From NCBI GenBank assembly GCA_965200315.1, contig OZ241362.1, forward strand, positions 2,912,001 through 2,976,000: a stretch of 64,000 nt of DNA, written 5' to 3'. The notes below the pieces were generated by a model. That model saw nothing but the letters and a program-made list of their open reading frames with translations. It was not told the DNA's origin and made no database searches. The translations under genes were made by a program, and so were the position numbers. The DNA comes from Candidatus Latescibacterota bacterium (lineage in GTDB: Bacteria > Latescibacterota > UBA2968 > UBA8231). Shown in pieces: positions 9,381 through 18,924 of this stretch (the stretch's first letter is position 1; every line of letters starts with the position of its first letter).

Positions 9381-10199
9381 TTACGCTTCTTCCTCTGTGG
9401 GGGCTGGGCGCAAACGCCGCCAATCGAACCATGTGTCCAAAAGCCCCAAGCCCGCCAAGAGCAGAAACGCCAAGCCCGCGATAAAGAAAAGCCCTACGTA
9501 AAACAACAACTCGACCAAAGGCGGCACCTGTTGGCGCTGGGCGAAAAAGCGCAAGACAGCCAATCCTTGCACTGCGTAGATAATCCCCATCAACACGATC
9601 AAATTGAGGCCCAAATCGGCCAACAATCCATCGCTCAAAAGACTTAGACCCAAGGCCGCTATCAATACCCAAATCAACTCTTCCCAAGGCCGCCACAAGG
9701 TCAGCGGCAGAGGAGCGGGCAGCAACAAACCCAGCCGCAAGGCCAAGCCCTCGCTCAACCGATACGCCACGACAAAAATCAAAAGCAGGGTCGCCATCTC
9801 GATGGCTGGCTGCACTCGCAGGACCGCATCAACCATCGCGCTTAGCGTCTGGCCGCTTCCCTCTACAGCTATCCCCAAGGCTTGGAACTGCTCCAAGATG
9901 GCGGCGGCTTGCTTCTGGCGATGTAGGCCATCGCGCGCCTGAATCAACTGCCAGAAACACAAGCCGGCCGGCGGCGCGCAGGCCAAGGCCATGACGCGAC
10001 CATAGGTCTGCTGACGCTCTATTTGCAAAACGGCGAGCAACCCCATAATGGGCACTAGCCCCAACATGGCACCTAGCAGCATGACGGTGCCCAAGCAAAG
10101 CAGGCCGATCAAGGGCAGAGCACCACGCGAGCCGTAGCGCAAACTGGCCAAAAGCGAAGCGACCGCCAGCACTATGCCCAGCAGAATTACCATCGGCAC
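9381..10199 (-). CDS. DUF2232/YybS family membrane protein
   Basis: Polytopic; QGLAV...GLLDTWFDWRR C-terminus; typical position just upstream of rplI. Confidence 0.85.
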   Translation of the reverse strand: MPMVILLGIVLAVASLLASLRYGSRGALPLIGLLCLGTVMLLGAMLGLVPIMGLLAVLQIERQQTYGRVMALACAPPAGLCFWQLIQARDGLHRQKQAAAILEQFQALGIAVEGSGQTLSAMVDAVLRVQPAIEMATLLLIFVVAYRLSEGLALRLGLLLPAPLPLTLWRPWEELIWVLIAALGLSLLSDGLLADLGLNLIVLMGIIYAVQGLAVLRFFAQRQQVPPLVELLFYVGLFFIAGLAFLLLAGLGLLDTWFDWRRLRPAPTEEEA

Positions 10200-10208
10200 A
10201 CGCCGACC

Positions 10209-10739
10209 CTAAGAGTCGTCGGACTCTTGAACGACGGCCTCTTCTGGTGAATTCTCTGCCTCTACCCTCTCTGCCTCTTTATTAAGTACCTCGCGTCCAG
10301 ACACACCACTGTGGGCCTCGTCGCGGACCCTCGGACCACGGGAGTCCCGATGTGGGCCACCTCGGGCCCTCGGACCGCGGGTCGGTCGGGCAAAGGCTTC
10401 TTCGAGGAAGTTGTCGGCGGCTAGCTGGGGCACGTGGATAAACTCGCCTTCGACCGCAGTGATGAGATAGCGCAGCACCGCTTCGTCGAGTTTGAGGGTT
10501 TGTTCTAGCCCTTCAATCGCCGTCGGCCCAGCGGAAAACTGATAGAGCACGTAGTAGCCTTGATGTCGATTCTTCAGGCTAGCCGAAGTATAGGCCAAAC
10601 GCCGCAGGCCCCAATTGTCGATTCGGGCGACTTGCCCGCCGTTTTCTTCGAGATGCGCCTCGTATTTTTCGACGACTTGCTCATATTGGCCCTCGCCGAC
10701 TTGGGGATCCAAGATACATACGAGTTCGTAGTTTCTCAT
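10209..10739 (-). CDS. rpsF: 30S ribosomal protein S6 with long C-terminal tail
   Basis: [12 protein letters not shown]...WGLRRLAY...GYYVL...VLRYL; ATG at 10739. Confidence 0.95.
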   Translation of the reverse strand: MRNYELVCILDPQVGEGQYEQVVEKYEAHLEENGGQVARIDNWGLRRLAYTSASLKNRHQGYYVLYQFSAGPTAIEGLEQTLKLDEAVLRYLITAVEGEFIHVPQLAADNFLEEAFARPTRGPRARGGPHRDSRGPRVRDEAHSGVSGREVLNKEAERVEAENSPEEAVVQESDDS

Positions 10740-10778
10740 TGTATTGCGCTTTCTTGGTTCTAGTCTGGGGCACATCCC

Positions 10779-12818
10779 TCAGACGAAAAGCGGTGCTAGG
10801 ACAAGAGATATCACCGACATCAGCTTGATGAGTATGTTTAGAGAAGGCCCCGAAGTGTCCTTGAATGGGTCGCCGACCGTATCGCCGACGACAGCGGCTT
10901 TGTGGGGGTCAGAGCCTTTGCCCCCCAAGTGGCCCTCTTCGATCCACTTTTTGGCGTTGTCCCAAGCCCCGCCGCTGTTGGCCATCATCAGTGCCAGCAG
11001 GACGCCGCTGACCGTCGCACCGGCGAGCATTCCGCCTAAGGCAATGGGGCCGAGACCGAAACCAACAGCGACCGGAGCCAACACCGCCAACAGGCCCGGA
11101 AGAATCATTTCGCGCAGGGCCGCGGTCGTGCTAATCTCCACGCAGCGTCGCGTATCCGGCTTGGCTTTGCCTTCCATCAGGCCCTCGATCTCGCGGAACT
11201 GACGCCGAACTTCCTCGACCATCTTGAAGGCGGCCTTGCCGACCGAGGTCATGGTAATGGAGGCCGCAAGGTAGGGAATCATCGCGCCGATAAAAAGCCC
11301 GCCGACGACAACCGGCGTGGTCACGTCAATGACTATCGGCTTACCGGTTGCGGTCTCAATAGCGGAGGAGTAGGCCGAAAAAAGCGCCAATGCCGTCAAC
11401 GCCGCCGAACCGATGGCAAATCCTTTGCCCATGGCCGCGGTCGTGTTGCCGAGAGAGTCGAGACCATCGGTGATCTTGCGCGTGTCTTCGCCCAAGCCCG
11501 CCATTTCGGTAATGCCGCCGGCGTTGTCGGCAATGGGACCATAGGCGTCAACCGACATGGTGATACCTACTGTGGCGAGCATGCCCACGGCGGCGATGCC
11601 AATCCCAAAAAGCCCGGCAAAGGAGAAGGCCAAGCCAATGGCGACGACGATCCCCAAGGTCGGCAGGACGACGCTCTCCATGCCTATGGCCAGACCGGAA
11701 ATGATATTGGTCGCCACGCCGGTCTTGGAGGTTTCAGCGATGGTCCGGATGGGTTTTCCGCCGGTGTAGTACTCGGTAAAAAGGCCGATAGCGATCCCGG
11801 CCAAGCAGCCCGCGCACAATGCCCACACCGGCTGATTGGATAGGCCAATTGTCCCGGCGACCCACCAAGCACCTAAAATCATTAGTGCGGCTGCAACCCA
11901 AGTCGAGTAGCGCAATGCGGCACCCGGGTCGAAATTCTGCAGAATCCGCACCATCAACACGCCCAGCAGCGACGCGGCTATACCGATCGTGATGACGATT
12001 AGCGGGAAGCTCATCGCCGCAAGTTTCGCCTCGGTCGGATCGGAGATGCCGGGAGCGAGAGTAGCCAGCAGCGACGCGGACGCGGTGGCGGCGATGGCAA
12101 TAGTAGCAATGACCGATCCAACGTACGATTCAAAGATATCGGCACCCATGCCAGCAACATCGCCGACATTGTCGCCGACGTTGTCGGCGATAACGGCCGG
12201 GTTGCGGGGATCGTCCTCGGGAATCCCCGCCTCTACTTTGCCCACCAAGTCGGCACCCACATCGGCGGTCTTGGTGAAGATGCCGCCGCCAACGCGTGCG
12301 AACAGGGCAATCGAAGAGGCCCCCATAGCGAAGCCACTGATCGTGGATGCTTGGCTTATATCGTCCCAGATACCAATGGCACTAGCCAGTGCGCCAATGC
12401 CGAAAAGCCCCAAGCCAGCCACGGCGAGTCCCATCACTGCGCCCCCTGAAAAAGCGATGTTCAGTGCCGGCCCTTGGCCGTGCTGGTTGGCTGCTTGGGC
12501 GGTGCGCACATTGGCGTGACAGGCCGCCTTCATGCCGGTATAACCGGCCAAAATGGAACAAACGGCCCCCGACAAAAAAGCGTACGCGGTATGGGAGCCC
12601 ACGAAGGCAAAAAGGAGGGCGAAGACGATGACGATAAATCCGGCGAGAATGGTGTACTCGCGTTTGAGAAAGGCCATCGCTCCCTCGTGGATAGCCTCTG
12701 AGATTTCCACCATCTCTGGAGTACCAGCCGGAGACCTTTTGATGTAAAAGTACAGCAAAAGCGAGCAAAACAATCCGCCCAGACCCATGAATGGCGCTGC
12801 GCTTGTCCAGATTTCCAT
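10779..12818 (-). CDS. hppA: Membrane-integral pyrophosphatase, K+-dependent, probably Na+-translocating
   Basis: [11 protein letters not shown] and DNVGDNVGD motifs; GNTTAA (Ala, K+-dependent type); ADIFESY Glu position typical of Na+-PPases. Confidence 0.95.
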   Translation of the reverse strand: MEIWTSAAPFMGLGGLFCSLLLYFYIKRSPAGTPEMVEISEAIHEGAMAFLKREYTILAGFIVIVFALLFAFVGSHTAYAFLSGAVCSILAGYTGMKAACHANVRTAQAANQHGQGPALNIAFSGGAVMGLAVAGLGLFGIGALASAIGIWDDISQASTISGFAMGASSIALFARVGGGIFTKTADVGADLVGKVEAGIPEDDPRNPAVIADNVGDNVGDVAGMGADIFESYVGSVIATIAIAATASASLLATLAPGISDPTEAKLAAMSFPLIVITIGIAASLLGVLMVRILQNFDPGAALRYSTWVAAALMILGAWWVAGTIGLSNQPVWALCAGCLAGIAIGLFTEYYTGGKPIRTIAETSKTGVATNIISGLAIGMESVVLPTLGIVVAIGLAFSFAGLFGIGIAAVGMLATVGITMSVDAYGPIADNAGGITEMAGLGEDTRKITDGLDSLGNTTAAMGKGFAIGSAALTALALFSAYSSAIETATGKPIVIDVTTPVVVGGLFIGAMIPYLAASITMTSVGKAAFKMVEEVRRQFREIEGLMEGKAKPDTRRCVEISTTAALREMILPGLLAVLAPVAVGFGLGPIALGGMLAGATVSGVLLALMMANSGGAWDNAKKWIEEGHLGGKGSDPHKAAVVGDTVGDPFKDTSGPSLNILIKLMSVISLVLAPLFV

Positions 12819-12855
12819 AATGCGTTTGTAACCCTCCCTCGGCTACTTTACTTTA

Positions 12856-13413
12856 TTAACCGTTGAACTTGTTCATGGCCGCCTCGATGCCTTTGGCGTA
12901 GTACACTTCGAGCGCCGCATTCCCGCGCTCAATCAAATCTTCTACTTCGCCTGCTGGGGAAAACGGCTCTAGGACGTAGTCGATAATGTCCGCGCCTGGG
13001 GGTGGGATGCCGATTCCTAAACGCAGACGCGGCACAGCCTCTGTGCTGAGCGCTTCGAGTACTGAAGCCAAACCGTTGTGCCCGCCATCGCTGCCTCCAC
13101 GGCGAAAGCGCAGACGCCCGAAGTCGAGGAGAAAATCGTCGGAGATGACCAGTAAGTCTTCGGGCGGCACCTCCCATTGGGCGCAAAGGGCCGCGGCGGT
13201 GCGGCCGCTGCGATTCATATAGGTCTGGGGCTTGGCCAAGAGCACTTCTTGACCGCCCAGCACCACTTGGCTCACTTGGCCGTGTAGGTCCGCTTGGTGC
13301 TGCCAGTCAGCACCACAGCGCGCCGCTAGGTAATCTACCACCATAAATCCTATGTTGTGCCGCGTTGACGCGTAGCGGGCACCGGGGTTTCCCAAACCCA
13401 AGGCTACTTGCAA
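12856..13413 (-). CDS. pth: Peptidyl-tRNA hydrolase
   Basis: GLGNPG..Y..TRHNIG, KPQTYMN, GGHNGL. Confidence 0.97.
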   Translation of the reverse strand: MQVALGLGNPGARYASTRHNIGFMVVDYLAARCGADWQHQADLHGQVSQVVLGGQEVLLAKPQTYMNRSGRTAAALCAQWEVPPEDLLVISDDFLLDFGRLRFRRGGSDGGHNGLASVLEALSTEAVPRLRLGIGIPPPGADIIDYVLEPFSPAGEVEDLIERGNAALEVYYAKGIEAAMNKFNG

Positions 13414-13415
13414 AC

Positions 13416-14096
13416 CTACTCTTCGCCACCTGCGTCGGCTTCGCCGGCCTCTTCTTCGCCTTCGGGCACTTCGGCCTCCTCGGCTTCTTCCTCGGCAGTG
13501 ATCAGGCGCGGAGCCAAGATGTTGACAATCGTGCGAGCCGGGTCGGTGGTAATACGCGGCTCTTGTTCGATGAGATCGCGCACGTGCAGACTATCGCCAA
13601 TGACCAGCGAAGAGATGTCAATCACCATCGCGGAGGGCATTTCCGAGACGACGCATTCCATTTCAATTGAAGTCAGCGTCTGCTGCAAGGCCCCGCCCTC
13701 GTTGCGGACGCCTTCGGGCACTCCCTCAGCGAGCAGCGGAACATTGGCGCGCAACGTCTCATTTGGATCGATGCGTAGAAGGTCTAAGTGCAGCACATCG
13801 CCGCGCACCTTGTGGTATTGGATGTCGCGAATCAGGGCCTGCTCAGGGTCCTTATCGAGCTCTTCGCGCTCAATCAAGATGATCGCGTTTTGCCCGCCCT
13901 TGCTCAGGATGCGTTCTAAGGTATGGGCATCCGTCTTGAAGGACTCTGCGGGCTGATTGTGGCCATAGATCACTCCGGGCAACTGGCCCTGTAGGCGACG
14001 CATCTGGCCCACCGGTCCCTTGCCTTGCTCTTGGCGGGCTTGGACTTTGAGCGCGACCTGCTCGCGCGCTTGGATCTGGAGTGGAACTTGCGGCAT
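13416..14096 (-). CDS. rplY: 50S ribosomal protein L25/Ctc
   Basis: LPGVIYG, IQYHKV...LHLDL, GVRNEGG, IGDSLHVRDL; ATG 14096 after GAGGAG. Confidence 0.95.
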   Translation of the reverse strand: MPQVPLQIQAREQVALKVQARQEQGKGPVGQMRRLQGQLPGVIYGHNQPAESFKTDAHTLERILSKGGQNAIILIEREELDKDPEQALIRDIQYHKVRGDVLHLDLLRIDPNETLRANVPLLAEGVPEGVRNEGGALQQTLTSIEMECVVSEMPSAMVIDISSLVIGDSLHVRDLIEQEPRITTDPARTIVNILAPRLITAEEEAEEAEVPEGEEEAGEADAGGEE

Positions 14097-14139
14097 AGAA
14101 CGTCTCCTCAAAAGACTCTATCAAATATCAATGGCATAA

Positions 14140-14214
14140 TGGCAGCCCGGCGAGGACTCGAACCTCGATAAACGGAACCAAAATCCGTTGTCCTACCAAT
14201 TGAACGACCGGGCT
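14140..14214 (-). tRNA. tRNA-Gln (UUG)
   Basis: AGCCCGG/CCGGGCT acceptor stem, ACGGA-TT-TTG-GT-TCCGT anticodon arm, TTCGA T-loop, encoded CCA. Confidence 0.95.
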
Positions 14215-14245
14215 ACCTATCTCTGTGCCTTGCACTACCTTGGAG

Positions 14246-15103
14246 TTAGACCGGCTGACATAAAAAAGACCGGCAACCTTGCCTTTGCAGTGCGTTGTGC
14301 GCCTGAGAGGCAGTTTTCCGGTCGTCGAAGATACCGTAAACAGTGGAGCCGCTACCCGACATTGACGTGGCGCGAGCACCCACTCGGTCCAGTTGAGAAC
14401 GAAGTTCTGCGACGATGGGATAGGTGCGATCTATCGCAGGCGTGAAGTCGTTCTCCAGCACTTCAAATAGCCTGTCGTGGTCAACGCACCCGCCGCTCAG
14501 GGAAATGATAAAGCTAAAGTAGGGAGAATTTTCTGTCAAGATAGGGCCAAGTTGGTCATAAGCCCACGCCGTACTGATCTCGACCTTGGGGTACGCCAGC
14601 ACGTAAAAGACTGAGCCTGCCCAGCTCAGCTTGTTGAGGATCTCGCCCCGACCCCTCATTAGAGCGGTGCCGCCTTCCACTAGAAAGGGAATGTCCGAGC
14701 CAAGGGTGGCCGCGACCTGGCAGAGGTCTGCGTTTGAGAATGGCTGGTCATAGAAGCGATTGAGTGCTCGCAGGGCCGCGGCCGCGTCGGCACTGCCCCC
14801 GCCTAGGCCTGCACCTATAGGTACATTCTTTTCTAGGTGGATGTGGAAAGACTGGGTCGGTCGGTCAAGCCGAGCGCGAAAGGCATCAACTGCGCGGCAT
14901 ACTAGGTTGTCCGGCCCGGTCGATAGACCATCGAGACTACAGGTCAATTGATCAGAGGAAGCTGATTCAAAGTGCAAGACGTCCGCTAAATCCACGCATT
15001 GAGCCACGCTGAGGATCTCGTGGTAGCCATCAAGGCGGCGACCGACAACCTTAAGCCCCAAATTTATTTTTGCGTACGCTTTTTCGACCAGCATACTCTC
15101 CAT
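14246..15103 (-). CDS. ispE: 4-diphosphocytidyl-2-C-methyl-D-erythritol kinase
   Basis: AKINLGL, GYHEI, PIGAGLGGGSADAA, MSGSGSTV. Confidence 0.97.
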   Translation of the reverse strand: MESMLVEKAYAKINLGLKVVGRRLDGYHEILSVAQCVDLADVLHFESASSDQLTCSLDGLSTGPDNLVCRAVDAFRARLDRPTQSFHIHLEKNVPIGAGLGGGSADAAAALRALNRFYDQPFSNADLCQVAATLGSDIPFLVEGGTALMRGRGEILNKLSWAGSVFYVLAYPKVEISTAWAYDQLGPILTENSPYFSFIISLSGGCVDHDRLFEVLENDFTPAIDRTYPIVAELRSQLDRVGARATSMSGSGSTVYGIFDDRKTASQAHNALQRQGCRSFLCQPV

Positions 15104-15185
15104 CGCTGCACACCTTGACCGCATTTTACTATATTTTACACTCTAGCTAATCAAGTGTCAGATTGGCATACCCTTGAGGATTGAT

Positions 15186-18100
15186 ATGTTTCCAAAGTTG
15201 ATAGTGGTGCTTTTCTTCTTCCTAAGCACCCAGAGCTGGGCGCAAACGAGCGCAGAGGACGACTTCAAACTGGCCCGCAATCTCTTCCGGGATGCCGGCG
15301 ACTATGCCACGGCTGCCGGGCTATTCGCCGAGTTTGTTCGCAATTATCCCGATAGTCCACAGCTAGCCGAGGCCCGACTGATGCTAGCACGTGCGTACCG
15401 CCAGAGCGGCCGTTGCGACCTAGCGGTGCCAGCCTACGAGACGTTTTATCTCGAATATCCCGATCGCTTTTTGAACGCCGCCAACGCACGGCGCGAGCGA
15501 GCGGCTTGTTTGGCCGAGCAAGGTCAATACCTGCTGGCTGCCCGATCATACGAAGAGTTGCAGCGTCGTTTCAGCACCAGCGAATTCGCCGCCAGTGCCT
15601 TGATTGAGGCAGCGGCTAATTATACCCGCGCCGAAAATTTGCGGCAAGCCGAAGCTGCTTATGGACGTTTGCTGGCCAATTACGCGAGGTCCGACCAAGC
15701 GCATTTGGCACGCTATCGGCTGGCCCAGTTGCACTTTGCCGCTGGTAGGGCCGCAGAAGCCCAACAGCTCCTCGGGCAAATCGCCGCCGCTAAACCATCA
15801 CCTTCCCTCGCTCCTAGCGCCCTACTCCTCGGAGGGCGCATCGCTCTCTTTATGGGCAATAGGGAAACCGCGGAGAAGCAGTTCAAGGCACTGGAGCGGC
15901 GCTTTCCTAGGGCGGCGCAGACCGATAGTGCCTATCTAGATCGCGCAGACTATCTCTCTAACTCGCGCCTTTTTAGCCAAGCTGGGGACGCCTATCAGCG
16001 GGCCTTTAACAAAATCGACGACCGCTCTCTCAAAGAAAGCGCACTCCTAGGGCTGGCCGACGCTCGCCGCCAGAGTCATCAGACGCGCGAAGCCATCGCC
16101 CATTACGACAAGCTGAGCGCCATGCTCCAACCCGGGCACCCCGCTTACCTCAAGGCGCAGCTAGGCCGAGCCATCGTTCTGGGCCAAGCCGAACAATTCG
16201 CCCGCGCAGTAGGCTTACTTCAAGGATTGATCCAGACCGGCGACAGCCCCGAAGCCGTTAGTGCGCTGAGGGAACTAGGGACCCTCTACAAGCGGCGCGG
16301 CGACAGCTCCGATTCGCTGCGGTTATTGACTTTCGGAGAGGGGATCGCCGCTTTCCACAGCCGCGCGATAACTTGGTACCGCCGCTACCTACAGGAAGCC
16401 GATGGGGCCGCCGATGCCAACGCCGTGCGCTTTGAACTGGCCGCACTCTATGCCTCAATCAGCTACTACGAAGAAGCCATCTCCCTCTATCGCCAGCTAG
16501 CCTCGGGTCAGGACGAGGTGGCAACTAAAGCGCAATTCGCCCTCGCCCAAACCTTTGAGCAAAGTGGACAACCGCGTGCGGCACTGCGCGAGTACGTGGC
16601 CTTCCTCGAACTCTTTCCTGCCGACCGCCAGACCGAGGCGGTGCGCCAGCGAATCGAATATCTGCGCCAATTTACCGTCTTGGACCCGGCCGGCCTCAAC
16701 CGGGCCTTGCAAAAAGCTTGGCTCGATGAGTTGAGCGGCAAGTCGCGTCAGCTAGTGCAGCTAGCGGTCGCCCGGGTGCTGTTCTCGCATCGCGATTTTG
16801 TCGCGGCCGCCCAATCTTTCAAACACTATGCCACGGCCTATCCAGACGACTCCTACAACGACGAGGCACAGTACTTTCTGGCTGAAAGTCTGCTCCAACT
16901 CGCCCGCCAACGCCAGCTAGAGGCACAGCCTGCCAGCGCGGATTCGCTGCGGGCTCTTGCTCTACGGGAATACCGCATCCTCACTGAGCAATCTCCTACC
17001 GACAGCACATGGGCCCAGCGCACACGACTTAGCCTCATTAAACTTGAAGCCGAGGACCGCCCCGACTCGCTGCGGTTATTAACGCTCGAAGAGAGGATTG
17101 CTGCTTTCGTCGCCGAGTATCCCGAGGGGCGAGGGGACCATCTAGACCAAGCCCTTTTGCAGCTAGGCGATGCCCGCCGCCAACTCGGGGCGACCGATAC
17201 CACTTGGTTCGACGGGGCCATTGCGGCTTACGACCAGCTTCGTCGGCTCTCTTCCAACAGTCCACTCGTACCCCACGCCCTATACGGCAAGAGTCTTTGC
17301 CTAGTGCAAAAAGGTCAACACCGAACAGCGGCCGACTTGCTCGAGCGCGTTCTGCGAGACTATCCCAATAGTCCGCTGACGGCACCGGTGCTCTTTGAAC
17401 TAGGCCATATCCGCCTAGCGCAGGAGCGGACCCAAGAAGCCATTGCCCGACTGCAAGAGTTGCGCTGGGGCTATCCGGCCTTTTCCCAGCGTCGCGCCGT
17501 TCAGAAACTGTTGGGCGACACCTATTTTCAGCTCGGCCAATACGCCGCCGCCATCGAGCTGTATCAACCGCTAGTCTCCAACTCGACAATATCCGACGAC
17601 AGAGGGCCAATTCTTCGACGAATTGGCCGCGCTTACCACCATCTCAACCGCTATGGCGAGGCCATGGAGACCTATCGGCAAATACTTGCCGAAGAGCCAA
17701 ACCCGGTTGGACTAGACAGCATCTACTTCGCCCAAGCAGTACTGCAACTGAGGTTAGGTGGCGAAGACGACGCCTTTCGGCTCTTCCGCAAGGTCGGCCG
17801 AGAATTTGCCTCCAGCGGATTGGCGACCGAAGCCTCGGCGCGGGCCGGCCACATCGCCTTTGCCCGCCAGCAATACAAACAAGCCTACCAACTCTATCAG
17901 CCCTTGCTGAAACAAAGCGAGGACTCCCTGATCCACGGACAAGCCGTCCTCTCCCTGTTCCGACTCAAACGCATAGAGGCGGGGAGCAAAGCAGCTAAGC
18001 GGTTTGCCAAGCGGTTCAAGGAGGAGACGGAGTGGCGTCAACACTTCCGGGTTGAAGAAGGGAGTTACTATTTACAGGCTGGCAACTACAAAAAGGCTTA

Positions 18101-18902
18101 CGAGCTGTTTCAAGAGGTGGAAAAGCAAGGAGGCACGTGGGCCGACGATGGGGCCTATTGGATGGCCATAACGCTGTGGAAGCGAAACAAAGCGACGCCC
18201 AGCGAGGAAGGAGCGGCATTCGCGTTGGAGGCCATATCGCGCTTTGTACGCGAATATCCGACGAGTCCTCAGGTAGCCGACGCCTACTTGCGCCTTGGGG
18301 ACTACCACTTTTCGCTGCACAACTTCCTTCAAGCGGCAGGGGCCTACAAACACGCCTTAAATGCGCCAGAAGTCAGTAGTGATCAGGCCCAAGATGCGCT
18401 GTGGAAACTGCTCAAGAGCTACCAAAGTGCCCACGAGTACGAGGCCGCTCACCAAGTGGCCGATCAGCTACTGAGCCAGTACCCCGAACACCCCAAGGCC
18501 ATTGAGGTCCAGCTCGAACTAGGTATCATTCTCAAGAATAAGGGCCAATACGCCCAAGCCATTGAACAGCTAGACGAACTACTCTCCCAACAGTTACTCG
18601 ATGGCAACAGTGCTTCGGAAGCCCGGTTTTACATCGGCGAATCCTATCAGAACATGGGCGAGTACCGCAAGGCCATCCAAGCCTATTACAAAGTCAGTTA
18701 CCACGGTAGCCAAGGGCTCAGCATGTGGATCACCTCGGCGGATTTCCAGCGCGCCCGCTGCCATGAATCGCTGGGCGAACACGCCACGGCCATGACCATC
18801 TACGAGCGCATCACACGTCGCGAAGGGGGCCAGAGTCCACAGGGACAGCTAGCCCGCGAGCGGATCGATGCCCTGCGCCGCCAGCTAGAAACCCTCAACT
18901 GA
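15186..18902 (+). CDS. Very large exported TPR-repeat protein
   Basis: About 1240 aa; signal peptide; many YP-x-S-linked TPR units; GAGGA RBS before ATG 15186. Confidence 0.9.
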   Translation: MFPKLIVVLFFFLSTQSWAQTSAEDDFKLARNLFRDAGDYATAAGLFAEFVRNYPDSPQLAEARLMLARAYRQSGRCDLAVPAYETFYLEYPDRFLNAANARRERAACLAEQGQYLLAARSYEELQRRFSTSEFAASALIEAAANYTRAENLRQAEAAYGRLLANYARSDQAHLARYRLAQLHFAAGRAAEAQQLLGQIAAAKPSPSLAPSALLLGGRIALFMGNRETAEKQFKALERRFPRAAQTDSAYLDRADYLSNSRLFSQAGDAYQRAFNKIDDRSLKESALLGLADARRQSHQTREAIAHYDKLSAMLQPGHPAYLKAQLGRAIVLGQAEQFARAVGLLQGLIQTGDSPEAVSALRELGTLYKRRGDSSDSLRLLTFGEGIAAFHSRAITWYRRYLQEADGAADANAVRFELAALYASISYYEEAISLYRQLASGQDEVATKAQFALAQTFEQSGQPRAALREYVAFLELFPADRQTEAVRQRIEYLRQFTVLDPAGLNRALQKAWLDELSGKSRQLVQLAVARVLFSHRDFVAAAQSFKHYATAYPDDSYNDEAQYFLAESLLQLARQRQLEAQPASADSLRALALREYRILTEQSPTDSTWAQRTRLSLIKLEAEDRPDSLRLLTLEERIAAFVAEYPEGRGDHLDQALLQLGDARRQLGATDTTWFDGAIAAYDQLRRLSSNSPLVPHALYGKSLCLVQKGQHRTAADLLERVLRDYPNSPLTAPVLFELGHIRLAQERTQEAIARLQELRWGYPAFSQRRAVQKLLGDTYFQLGQYAAAIELYQPLVSNSTISDDRGPILRRIGRAYHHLNRYGEAMETYRQILAEEPNPVGLDSIYFAQAVLQLRLGGEDDAFRLFRKVGREFASSGLATEASARAGHIAFARQQYKQAYQLYQPLLKQSEDSLIHGQAVLSLFRLKRIEAGSKAAKRFAKRFKEETEWRQHFRVEEGSYYLQAGNYKKAYELFQEVEKQGGTWADDGAYWMAITLWKRNKATPSEEGAAFALEAISRFVREYPTSPQVADAYLRLGDYHFSLHNFLQAAGAYKHALNAPEVSSDQAQDALWKLLKSYQSAHEYEAAHQVADQLLSQYPEHPKAIEVQLELGIILKNKGQYAQAIEQLDELLSQQLLDGNSASEARFYIGESYQNMGEYRKAIQAYYKVSYHGSQGLSMWITSADFQRARCHESLGEHATAMTIYERITRREGGQSPQGQLARERIDALRRQLETLN

Positions 18903-18924
18903 ACTGCCGCCAGCAGAGAGTATT

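Noticed and set aside
15163-15180. Sigma54 promoter before the TPR gene
   Set aside because: TGGCAT is present but there is no GC at the required GG-N10-GC spacing.
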